A DNA stretch of 64,000 nt, from the IMG/VR virus record IMGVR_UViG_3300048577_000544, positions 472 to 64,471 of that record. The stretch is one strand, 5' to 3'. Source of the DNA: a virus. Every line of letters starts with the position of its first letter. Position 1 is the first letter of the stretch. The notes under the pieces were generated by a model. That model was not told where the DNA came from, made no database searches, and was given only the letters and a program-made list of their open reading frames with translations. Positions 1 through 8,238 of this stretch are shown here, piece by piece. A program made the translations under genes and the position numbers.

Positions 1-855
1 GCGAAAGATGTCACGCCTCGTGATATCCAACAGATACTTTCGGCAACCCACGACCGAGGGCCGTCCATGGCGGCGCACCTACGGGCTTATCTACATGGCG
101 CTTTCTCTTTCGGGATTGGTCGAGAGTTCGACTATACCAGGGCCGCGCTCAGCGTCACTTTTGATTTAACACACAATCCCGTCGCCTCGGTCCCCCGCGA
201 TGCAAGCGCCTTTCAGGTCGGGGACCGCAATCTTTCCCGTGAAGAGGTTGGCCGGGTCTGGCTTGAATTTCCGCAAGGCGTTTCCGAGCGCTTGAGTATC
301 GCCCTACACCTCCTCCTTGCCGTAGGTGGCCAGCGCGTTGAGGAGGTCTTGGCGGCCAAACGAAATGAGTTCAATCCGGTGCGAACGACCTGGGTGCTCC
401 CGCCCGCTCGAACGAAAAATCACCGAGAGCATATCGTACCGCTGACACCCCGAAGCATCGTTCTTTTTCGCCGGGCCGAGGCCCTTGCCGGCGATTCAGA
501 ATACCTTTTCCCAGGGGATAAGGACCAGAACCGCCCAATCCTCGCCACGTCCCTAAATCGGGCCGCCTCGCGTTATTGCAAACGGGTGGGCATGGCTGCT
601 TGGACTCCGAGGGATATTCGGCGCACTTGCCGCACCTTGATGGCCGACACAGGGGAACCGAGCTACCTGCTAAATTTGCATTTTAACCATGGAACTCAAG
701 GTGTTGGCGAAAAACATTATGATCGGTCCACGCACTTGGAAGAAAAACGCACTTTAATGGGGCGATGGGATGCCCTCCTCTCCTCATGCATCGGTGAGGA
801 AACCGGAGGCAAGGTAGTCGATTTCCCCAACAAGCGAATCGTGTCGGGCGAATAA
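1..855 (+). CDS. Tyrosine recombinase/integrase, P4/CP4-like (5' partial)
   Basis: Frame is open from base 1; catalytic motifs GQRVEE (R), RTKNHREH (K), PRDIRRT (R-x-x-R variant of HxxR), HFNH, HYDRS (Y). Confidence 0.9.
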   Translation, partial: AKDVTPRDIQQILSATHDRGPSMAAHLRAYLHGAFSFGIGREFDYTRAALSVTFDLTHNPVASVPRDASAFQVGDRNLSREEVGRVWLEFPQGVSERLSIALHLLLAVGGQRVEEVLAAKRNEFNPVRTTWVLPPARTKNHREHIVPLTPRSIVLFRRAEALAGDSEYLFPGDKDQNRPILATSLNRAASRYCKRVGMAAWTPRDIRRTCRTLMADTGEPSYLLNLHFNHGTQGVGEKHYDRSTHLEEKRTLMGRWDALLSSCIGEETGGKVVDFPNKRIVSGE

Positions 856-897
856 TTTGGAACCCCCATTATTCTCCGGGGGCCTGGAAAGTGAGGG

Positions 898-1062
898 ATG
901 AGGATGGAAGGCTTGAACCAGGTGGCGCTTGCCGAAGCAACGGGCATCCCTCGCCGGCATATCAGCGAAATGGAGAACGGCCGCCGCCCCATCGGAAAGA
1001 AAAGTGCCCGGCTCCTGGCCGAGGCCCTGAATATTGACCCGAGGCGGTTGCTGACGGTGTAG
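898..1062 (+). pseudogene. XRE-family HTH protein, probably 5'-truncated
   Basis: Hand translation MRMEGLNQVALAEATGIPRRHISEMENGRRPIGKKSARLLAEALNIDPRRLLTV is a typical XRE HTH; only 54 aa, and an in-frame stop lies immediately upstream. Confidence 0.65.
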
Positions 1063-1184
1063 TCTGGTAGGATCAACGACATTTCCCCGGCCTAACCCTG
1101 GCCTCATGAACCAGGGCGAAAAGACGCACTCCAACGTCCTGGCCGGGGTGCTATTTGGAGATCAGGCAATGGAGAGCTTGAGAA

Positions 1185-1898
1185 ATGGCAAGCATTCAGT
1201 ATTATTCATTTTGGCTATGGCAATATGAAGTGCGAAGTGAAAAGCCGCTTGAAGAGAAAACTTTTAGAAATCATAATTATGCAGATCCAAATACAGTAAA
1301 TGTATCTGCGAGTGGTACTGAATTTACAAACAAAATTCCTCAAGATTTGATTATACAGGCCATCATAAATAACGAATTTACGCCATGCGGGCCAAGTATT
1401 TCAAGCGAAATATCCGCCCGTTCTTGTCTAAAACTTTCAAAAGGATTGAATGAATCAAACCTGTTTATTGCAATAAAGTACAACGCTCCACTCGAAAAAC
1501 TTATCCCCGAGATGAAAATGCTCATCGCAATGCAACGGCAATGGGCGGTGACTAAAAAGATAGAAATCACAGAGGAAGATCGCATAAAGGCAGGGCTTGA
1601 GGCTACATTAATCTATCAACAGGCCGAGGAAGAATTAAACGCCTATTTTGTTAAAGACAAACCAAATATACACAAAGAAGGAGCGCAAAGAGCATTAGGA
1701 TTATGGTTATTTGATTATTGTCAAAAACGCTCCTGTGGATGCCCGACTGCTTACGCCGCGCTAGAAAAGACGGGCTACCTAGAAAAATTGAACTACGGAA
1801 AAAAAGACAGTAAAAATGAGGAACGCCATTTTGCCAGACTTCTGAAAAACGCTCGCGATTGCATAGCAGCGTGCGAGGTCTTGCCCATAGGAGGATAG
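1185..1898 (+). CDS. Hypothetical protein (AT-rich), possible island regulator
   Basis: 237-aa ORF with GGAGAG RBS, between integrase and AlpA-like gene. Confidence 0.6.
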   Translation: MASIQYYSFWLWQYEVRSEKPLEEKTFRNHNYADPNTVNVSASGTEFTNKIPQDLIIQAIINNEFTPCGPSISSEISARSCLKLSKGLNESNLFIAIKYNAPLEKLIPEMKMLIAMQRQWAVTKKIEITEEDRIKAGLEATLIYQQAEEELNAYFVKDKPNIHKEGAQRALGLWLFDYCQKRSCGCPTAYAALEKTGYLEKLNYGKKDSKNEERHFARLLKNARDCIAACEVLPIGG

Positions 1899-2068
1899 AT
1901 TTCGTTCTCTTTCCTTCTCCGTCAATTATTTGACATGACACTATTGGCTTGGTCAGTAGTGACAGTGACATTTTCATAAAGTTGGCTACTGTCATTACAG
2001 GCACTCCGTTTCCCGCATATCCTATTCCTATGGGTTCTCACTCATGAACTCAAAAAAGGGAGAAAGGT

Positions 2069-2341
2069 ATGCAGCACAACACGCTCCAGACTACTGATTT
2101 TTTCGAGACAGCCCGCCGTGAGTGTCCAACTCATTTCGGCGTCACAGCCATTCCAAAACTCTTTCCTGACATTATCGCCCCTGGGACCGTCCACAACGCA
2201 ATTTCTGCGGGTGTAGGTCCTACCCACCAGAAGCTCAACGGCCGAATCGTCCTTGAGCGCGATTCCTTCCTGGCGTGGCTGCAAGACCGGCCTCGCGTGG
2301 TGAAGCGCGTCGGTGTGGGCAATGGGGGTGGCGATGCGTAA
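2069..2341 (+). CDS. AlpA/excisionase-like winged-HTH protein
   Basis: 90 aa; APGTVHNAISAGVGPTHQKLNGRIVLERDSFLAWL fits the AlpA/Xis pattern; position typical of satellites. Confidence 0.7.
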   Translation: MQHNTLQTTDFFETARRECPTHFGVTAIPKLFPDIIAPGTVHNAISAGVGPTHQKLNGRIVLERDSFLAWLQDRPRVVKRVGVGNGGGDA

Positions 2342-2594
2342 AAAGCAAAAACCCGACCTTATGATGATCGGGCCTTGCGGGGAAGACAGAAAAAATCGTG
2401 GTTGGTTCTTCCTGTCATTTTCGCGCGGCCCCGTCAACAGTTCCACGCTTCTTCTCGCTGCACTGACCTGTCTCCAAGACAAGTTGGCCCGTTTCGCTAT
2501 GCGGCGGCCGTGGTCTCCGTGGCTGTCGCGCATGGTGGACCGTCTCGAGGTTCTGGCCGTGGCCCTGGCCGAAAAGTCGGGGGTGCGGTCGTGA
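2334..2594 (+). CDS. Hypothetical protein
   Basis: Overlaps the upstream stop and the downstream GTG start (coupled operon). Confidence 0.45.
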   Translation: MRKKQKPDLMMIGPCGEDRKNRGWFFLSFSRGPVNSSTLLLAALTCLQDKLARFAMRRPWSPWLSRMVDRLEVLAVALAEKSGVRS

Positions 2595-3181
2595 TTGTCG
2601 AAAATGACATCCGCATCGTGACGCTCCAATCCTGGGAGTTGTCCGTTGTCCGATCCATGACCGCGACATGGGATTATCCTGGCCGGTCGAACATTCGGGG
2701 CCGCGAGGACCGGGCCGGGACGCTCGGGACTGATGCCCTTGTGGGCCAAATAGGAACCTACGCCGGCCTTAAATTCCTGTACGGGGCTTCCTGCCTCGAC
2801 AAGTACCTGACGGGGCGATGGCACGCGAATCGGCGCAAGTTCGAGGGAGACGGCGGGTCCGATGTTGACGCCTTAAACTTGGACTTCAAGGCTTCCCTGC
2901 GTCGCGATCCGAGCAAGCCCCTACTGTCCTACAATCTGGCCGTACGTCCACGGGAACGCCATGACGATTGGACGTACATTCTCGCCATAGTGGGGTCTTT
3001 GGCCGGGGAACAAGCCTTGGTCTACATCCTCGGATGGGCCTCAACGGCGATGATCCCAGACACCCCCGCCGAAGATGGCCCGCTGGCCGGGGCTCACCTT
3101 CTCCATGCCCGCGAACTTCACCCCCTTCCGCCGTTCAAGTGGCGTTATTTTGAGAGGTGCGCGCCATGCCTGCTGAACTGA
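2591..3181 (+). CDS. Hypothetical protein, possible PD-(D/E)xK nuclease-like fold
   Basis: GTG start overlapping the upstream TGA; motif GDGGSDV...LDFKAS resembles D...(D/E)xK. Confidence 0.5.
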   Translation: MIVENDIRIVTLQSWELSVVRSMTATWDYPGRSNIRGREDRAGTLGTDALVGQIGTYAGLKFLYGASCLDKYLTGRWHANRRKFEGDGGSDVDALNLDFKASLRRDPSKPLLSYNLAVRPRERHDDWTYILAIVGSLAGEQALVYILGWASTAMIPDTPAEDGPLAGAHLLHARELHPLPPFKWRYFERCAPCLLN

Positions 3182-5925
3182 TTTCCATGCTGCGGTCGCT
3201 GTATAACGGCCGACAGGATATTGTGCCACGTCGGTGGGAGAATAGGGGGGGGCGTGCTGGATATTCCCCAATATGCAGTGTGAGGCTAACAGCCGATTGT
3301 CTCATCACTAAGTCCCGAAAAACTGGTGGTGTGACGCGCGGCTTATGCAAGCACTGTGACATCAAACAGTATCAGCCCCTGACTGACGACCTGTTGCAAA
3401 GACACCTCGACGGTCGGGAGGTCCTCGGCTGCTACCCGCTGCTGCCCGGCGGCATATGCAATTTCATCGTGGGCGATTTCGATGACCACACTGGCGACCG
3501 CGACCCAAAAAAAGACGTGCTGGCAGTCCAGGCCGTTGCCGAGGTTCAAGACCTCCCGATGAGCGTCTTCACTTCCCGGAGCGGGGCCGGGTTCCACGGT
3601 TGTTTGTTCTTCGCTGCGCCTTTGCCCGCTTGGAAAGCCCGACTCGTGTACTTCGCGTTGCTGGAAGAAGCCCAGGTTTTAGCTGAGGGCGCGGAGCTAG
3701 GCAGCTTCGACCGGCTCATCCCGATGCAAGACCAGCTGCGCGGCGGGGCCGATCTCGGGAACTTGGTGGCCATGCCGTTCCAGGGCGCGGCCGTGCAGCG
3801 GGGGTTCACGCTCCTGTTGGACCCCGAGACCATGGAGCCATTCGCGGATCAGGTGACGGCGCTTAGGGCCATCAAGCGCGTGACCGAAGCTGACCTCGAC
3901 CGGGTTGTTGCCGAATGGGGCCTCAAGCGGCCTGAGGCAGCCAACAAGGACCGGGAAGGCGCGACCTGTGGAGCCCGACCGACCACGAACGCCTCGTCGG
4001 GCAAGCGGAAGTACGCCGAAAAAGTCCTGCAAACCTCCTGCGAGAAAATCCGACAAAGCCGCCCCGGGGACCAACACGACGTGCGCCTGAAAATGGCCCG
4101 GACTGTTGGGGGGTATCTGCACTATATGGATGAGGCGGTAGCCCTTGCTGCACTGCGCGAGGCGGTGGTTGACAGCGGTGCCCAAGACATTGCAGCGGCC
4201 ATGCAAACTGTTCGGGATGGTCTGGAATATGGCCGGGCCGAACCCATCACGATTCCCGACCAGACCAACAGTACCTCCTCAGGCCACACAAGCCCCCTGG
4301 TGGAGCACGCCGGCCGTCTGTGCCGGGTGAAGTACACCGACAAGGGCGAGGCCGAGTACAAGTCCATTACCAGCTTCCTGTTTCGCCCCATCGAAGCCGT
4401 CTCTGTGGAGGGCGAAGGCGAGTATATCAAAACCGCCTTGGTGGCCGGTGCGGTGACTCGGGAAGTCATGCTCCCGCCCGACTGTTGGACCTCGACACAA
4501 AAGTTCCTGCGCGTCTTGCCCGGCCGGGAGTTCATCTTCACGGGAGCCGCCGTTGACGTGCAACTTGTGCGCGGATTCCTGGCCGGCATGACGATGGATC
4601 AGCGCCAGGGCGTGAGAACTGCCGGCTTTCACGGCGAAACCTTCGTCACCAGCGACGGCGGCTTGACCCCGGAAGGCCCGTCCGACAGGCTGGTTTACAT
4701 CAACGAAATTCAGAGCCCCTGCCGTCTGTTGAGCACTGAAGCAGCGACTGCTGACGATCTGGACGCCATCCGGGAGTCAATCACCGGCTTCAACGCTCCC
4801 AAAGTGGCGATGCCCGTCTTGGGCTGGTCGGTCGCCTGCTTCTTTGCGCCGGTCATCCGTGAAATTCTTGACGCCTTTCCTTTGATTTGCATTGAGGGGG
4901 AGGCCGGGGCCGGCAAGTCATCCACGGTGATGGCCGTCGTGGCGGGTCTATGGGCACTCCACGGGGCGGCCCGTGCGCTTGGTGAGCAAACGCGATTCAC
5001 GCTTATGCGGGCGGTGGACGGCAGCAACTCTGTTCCGCTCATCTTCGAGGAGAACAAGGCCTCTCGTATGTCGGAGAAACAGCAGAACCTTGTCTCCAAC
5101 CTCATTCGCGACGGCTACAATGCCTTTGAGGGTCAGCGCGGCATGGCGGATCAATCCATGCGCTCATACCGCTATCAAGCTCCCGTTTGCATCGTCGGGG
5201 AGACCGGCTTCACCGAAACCGCGATTCTCGACCGGATGGTAAACGTGGCAATGACCCGCCGGGCCAGTGCCCCATATCGGACCGGGTTCCAAAAGGTGCA
5301 ACGCCTGCCCCTGGATCGCTTGGGCCGCACTATCCTGGAACATGCGCTTCGGATGGACGCCGAATCCGTGGGGGCGCGTCTGCGGGACTGCTGGCGCGAC
5401 GTTGGCCCCGCCCTTGAAGACCGGCCGCGCAACAATGCCGCCGTCGTCCGCTTTGGGCTGACCATCCTGGGTGATGTGCTCGGCATGGTCTTCGACGCCT
5501 CTCCTGTTGACGCCGCCATTCTGGCTGGCACGTCGGAAGATGGCGGTCCCCGGAAAACGGCAGTGGACCGCATCATCGAGGCCATGGGGCGTATGGCGGC
5601 ATTCGCAGAGCGTAGCCAGGGCCGCGAGTACACTTTCCAGGATCATCTGGAGCCAGACGTTCACTATTATAGCGACGGGCAGACCCTCCGACTGCATGTG
5701 TCCGGGGCCTACCCGGTCTTTGCAAAGTGGGCGCGGGTCCATGGCTTCGACGGCGACGTGATCCCGGAGGCGACCTTTCGCAAACAAATTCAGGGGGAGG
5801 CATATTTCCAGGGGGGCGGGGCCATCTGGATGGGGAGCAAAACCCGGAAAGGCATCGTCTTGGACGTATCGGCGATGGCGGCCAAGGGGCTGGATGTGCC
5901 CGAGGAGTGGGTAAATGCAAGCTAA
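3157..5925 (+). CDS. Primase-helicase (N-terminal AEP/TOTE-like primase, C-terminal P-loop helicase)
   Basis: N-term YSPIC..CKHC..LTDDLLQRHLDG..GCYPLL..C.F.V.DFD and SRSGAGFHG (AEP motifs); Walker A IEGEAGAGKSST; Walker B-like LIFEE. Confidence 0.85.
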   Translation: MRAMPAELISMLRSLYNGRQDIVPRRWENRGGRAGYSPICSVRLTADCLITKSRKTGGVTRGLCKHCDIKQYQPLTDDLLQRHLDGREVLGCYPLLPGGICNFIVGDFDDHTGDRDPKKDVLAVQAVAEVQDLPMSVFTSRSGAGFHGCLFFAAPLPAWKARLVYFALLEEAQVLAEGAELGSFDRLIPMQDQLRGGADLGNLVAMPFQGAAVQRGFTLLLDPETMEPFADQVTALRAIKRVTEADLDRVVAEWGLKRPEAANKDREGATCGARPTTNASSGKRKYAEKVLQTSCEKIRQSRPGDQHDVRLKMARTVGGYLHYMDEAVALAALREAVVDSGAQDIAAAMQTVRDGLEYGRAEPITIPDQTNSTSSGHTSPLVEHAGRLCRVKYTDKGEAEYKSITSFLFRPIEAVSVEGEGEYIKTALVAGAVTREVMLPPDCWTSTQKFLRVLPGREFIFTGAAVDVQLVRGFLAGMTMDQRQGVRTAGFHGETFVTSDGGLTPEGPSDRLVYINEIQSPCRLLSTEAATADDLDAIRESITGFNAPKVAMPVLGWSVACFFAPVIREILDAFPLICIEGEAGAGKSSTVMAVVAGLWALHGAARALGEQTRFTLMRAVDGSNSVPLIFEENKASRMSEKQQNLVSNLIRDGYNAFEGQRGMADQSMRSYRYQAPVCIVGETGFTETAILDRMVNVAMTRRASAPYRTGFQKVQRLPLDRLGRTILEHALRMDAESVGARLRDCWRDVGPALEDRPRNNAAVVRFGLTILGDVLGMVFDASPVDAAILAGTSEDGGPRKTAVDRIIEAMGRMAAFAERSQGREYTFQDHLEPDVHYYSDGQTLRLHVSGAYPVFAKWARVHGFDGDVIPEATFRKQIQGEAYFQGGGAIWMGSKTRKGIVLDVSAMAAKGLDVPEEWVNAS

Positions 5926-5944
5926 CAGTGAGGGGGGCACCCCC

Positions 5945-6180
5945 CTTACCCCGCCTTACCCCAACCTTACCCCTTTCTTACCCCATAACCAATTGAAATA
6001 TATAATTCCTTACCCTTCTTACCCCTACAGAAAAGGGGGTACACATGAGAGCCCTCCCCACTGCATGGGGCTAGTTTTCCCTTTTTATAGCGAGGGGGTG
6101 TCTCCCAAAGGGGTAAGGAAGGTAAGGTATTAATAAATTCAAATGGTTAATGGGTAAGAAAATGGTAAGTTTAGGGTAAG
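5945..6180. repeat. Iteron array / putative replication origin
   Basis: Six CTTACCC copies (5945, 5955, 5966, 5977, 6009, 6018) facing five (G)GGTAAG copies (6111, 6121, 6152, 6164, 6174); 50-bp imperfect inverted repeat 5977-6026 / 6109-6158 (40/50); directly after the primase stop. Confidence 0.8.
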
Positions 6181-6266
6181 GAACTAACCCCTACTGAAAA
6201 AAGGGGGCAGGCGACACTGTCTTATTGCCGTGAGGTCGTGACGTACCATGGCCAGGGAGGGGAATA

Positions 6267-6617
6267 ATGAAAACCGATTTCTACGACACCATGCTCAATT
6301 GCATCATTTCCGCAGGTGCTGGCCAGAAGATCGCCGAGAAGGCTGTTGAAGGACTCCTTACAGTGCTTGGCGGATCGTATATCCCAAAGATCGACCCCGC
6401 CATCCCAGGCCGAAACAAGCGCATTATACATGCGTGGCGGCTGGGCTACTCCTCAAGGGAACTATCTGAAGGGTATGGTGTGAGTCAAAGAACGATCCAA
6501 CGGTTATGCAAAAATGTCCCGAAAGACCTTTCCGCGTGCCTCTTGGGGACAACCCGCGATTACTACAGCCTGTCGCTTTCCGATGGTTTCATCGACACGG
6601 GGGACGGGAAAAAATAA
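6267..6617 (+). CDS. Mor/C-family transcription activator
   Basis: LGGSYIPK...RNKRIIHAWRLGYSSRELSEGYGVSQRTIQRL matches the Mor pattern (GG..yiP, C-terminal HTH). Confidence 0.75.
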   Translation: MKTDFYDTMLNCIISAGAGQKIAEKAVEGLLTVLGGSYIPKIDPAIPGRNKRIIHAWRLGYSSRELSEGYGVSQRTIQRLCKNVPKDLSACLLGTTRDYYSLSLSDGFIDTGDGKK

Positions 6618-6634
6618 CAAAAATATTTTATAGT

Positions 6635-6663
6635 GGCGACATGAAACTATATACCGTGTCGCC
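6635..6663. promoter_or_regulatory. Dyad GGCGACA-N15-TGTCGCC, candidate activator/operator site
   Basis: Perfect 7-bp inverted repeat just after the Mor-like gene and upstream of the next operon. Confidence 0.35.
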
Positions 6664-6718
6664 TAGTAGTGGCAACATTCGTGTAATGGTGGTTCACGAA
6701 ACAGAGAGGAGCATCGAT

Positions 6719-6928
6719 ATGGACGACGAGTTTAAAAACACAGCGGTAGAGTTTTTTAAAACTCCCGGCACTCGCATGACACGGCTCCAATTGGCGCGGC
6801 ATTGCGATGTGGCCGTCAGCACAATCACTGCCTACCTGTTGGGATATTGCCCGATGCCTTCGCATGTCCGTGAGAAGATCGAGGCGCTGATGGAGACGGC
6901 ACGGGGTCGTGTACTGCCCCAAGTGTGA
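6719..6928 (+). CDS. Small HTH DNA-binding protein
   Basis: MTRLQLARHCDVAVSTITAYLLG is HTH-like; AGAGGAG RBS. Confidence 0.6.
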   Translation: MDDEFKNTAVEFFKTPGTRMTRLQLARHCDVAVSTITAYLLGYCPMPSHVREKIEALMETARGRVLPQV

Positions 6929-6969
6929 TTAATCTTCACGTCAGATTAACAAAACGAGGCTGAACACTT

Positions 6970-7254
6970 ATGGCGGTAAACTTATTGGCAGCGGAACAGG
7001 ACGTCAATCAGCTTTTACACGAGGCTGTTGCACAGGACGGCCAGATGTTTCGTGTCTCCTACATTGAACGGCACGGGGAAGGACGGCTTGTCAGCATCGG
7101 TAACGCCGACGCTACCGTCGAGATTCCCTATGACGCGGTGCCGGGTGTGGCGCGAGCGCTTGAGCGGTTCGTGGAGGGCGAGGCTATCCGTGGTTTGGAA
7201 AACGTCGCTTTCACTCGCGGGTTGAAGCGGTCTTATCAAGGGTGGCGGCAGTAG
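6970..7254 (+). CDS. Hypothetical protein
   Basis: 94-aa ORF with GAGG RBS, abutting the TerS start. Confidence 0.55.
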   Translation: MAVNLLAAEQDVNQLLHEAVAQDGQMFRVSYIERHGEGRLVSIGNADATVEIPYDAVPGVARALERFVEGEAIRGLENVAFTRGLKRSYQGWRQ

Positions 7255-7746
7255 ATGGAATTAAAGCAAACTGAGAAATCGAAAGGCGGACGGCCGACCG
7301 GCTACACCGAGGAGATAGGCGACGAAATATGCGCCCGAGTGCTGGCAGGCGAAACAATCAATGAGATTTGCGCGGGCCAGGATATGCCGCCTGTGAGAAC
7401 CCTGTACGGTTGGCTAAAGCAAGTACCAGCGTTCGAGCAGGCGTACGCGCGCGCGCGGGCTGAATCCGGGCAGGCCAGCGAAGGTAAAATACGCGGCTAT
7501 ATGCGGCAGGTGGTGACCGGCGAGCTTGATTCGACAGCCGCGCGTGTTTTGATCGACGCTGAAAAATGGCTTGCGTCAAAACGTGCCCCACGGACCCATG
7601 GTGATCGTGTCGAGGTCGAGCATAGCGGCACTGTCGGCCAAGCCATGCAGGTCACCGTCAACGTCGTGGGTTATGATCCATCGCCGCCCGCCATCGATGT
7701 TGTGCCTACTGCTACTGCGTTGCCTACGGCATCTGTAGAGAATTAA
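7255..7746 (+). CDS. Terminase small subunit (Sf6/P22-like, HTH)
   Basis: GGRPTGYTEEIGDEIC..VLAGETINEIC...DMPPVRTLYGWL...F..AYARAR and C-terminal GDRVEVEHSG are characteristic TerS motifs. Confidence 0.85.
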   Translation: MELKQTEKSKGGRPTGYTEEIGDEICARVLAGETINEICAGQDMPPVRTLYGWLKQVPAFEQAYARARAESGQASEGKIRGYMRQVVTGELDSTAARVLIDAEKWLASKRAPRTHGDRVEVEHSGTVGQAMQVTVNVVGYDPSPPAIDVVPTATALPTASVEN

Positions 7747-7779
7747 AACGTGTAACACACTTGAAAATAAGGGGAAAAC

Positions 7780-8193
7780 ATGGCCGACACACCTTTCATG
7801 GACATTCGTTCCGCCGTCCGAACCATTGAAACCACGTCATTCGATTCTGCCGAGAACCGCGCTGGCAGGGAATTCTTGCGCGGACAGATGGATGACTCGG
7901 CCCGCGACAGCTTCGACGACGCCGTAACGACCCTTCGTGCGTCATTGGCCCCGATGACTCCCGAAGATCGCGAGGCGTGGCGGGGTTTCCACTGCGAGAT
8001 TGCGCCGGGCGATGGCCTCAATTTCGTCGTTAATGCGATCCCGGCCGTCTCGCTGCGAGAAGTTTCTTCGATCTCAGGCCCCGGCGTTGCGCCCCGGTTT
8101 GGCACTCCCACCACGCAGCGCGGCGCTCTTTATCGCTACGTGGAGTCGATTGCGCCCCACACCCCGGACGGCCCGACGTCCAGCACCGCCTAA
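7780..8193 (+). CDS. Hypothetical protein
   Basis: 137-aa ORF with AAGGGG RBS. Confidence 0.55.
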   Translation: MADTPFMDIRSAVRTIETTSFDSAENRAGREFLRGQMDDSARDSFDDAVTTLRASLAPMTPEDREAWRGFHCEIAPGDGLNFVVNAIPAVSLREVSSISGPGVAPRFGTPTTQRGALYRYVESIAPHTPDGPTSSTA

Positions 8194-8238
8194 ATCAGAC
8201 GCCTGACCCTAAACCGTTCCATCAAAGGAGTCTCACGT

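Noticed and set aside
1931-1998. TGACA repeats and an 11-bp inverted repeat upstream of the AlpA-like gene
   Set aside because: Plausible operators but short and AT-rich; not distinguishable from chance without comparative data.
5945-6180. CRISPR array
   Set aside because: Repeats are 6-7 bp, irregularly spaced and inverted, with no cas genes; no CRISPR-like array was seen anywhere in the window.
7255-7746. Adjacent prophage as the satellite's packaging helper
   Set aside because: TerS type (Sf6/P22-like) does not match the lambda gpA-type TerL; kept only as a weak possibility.
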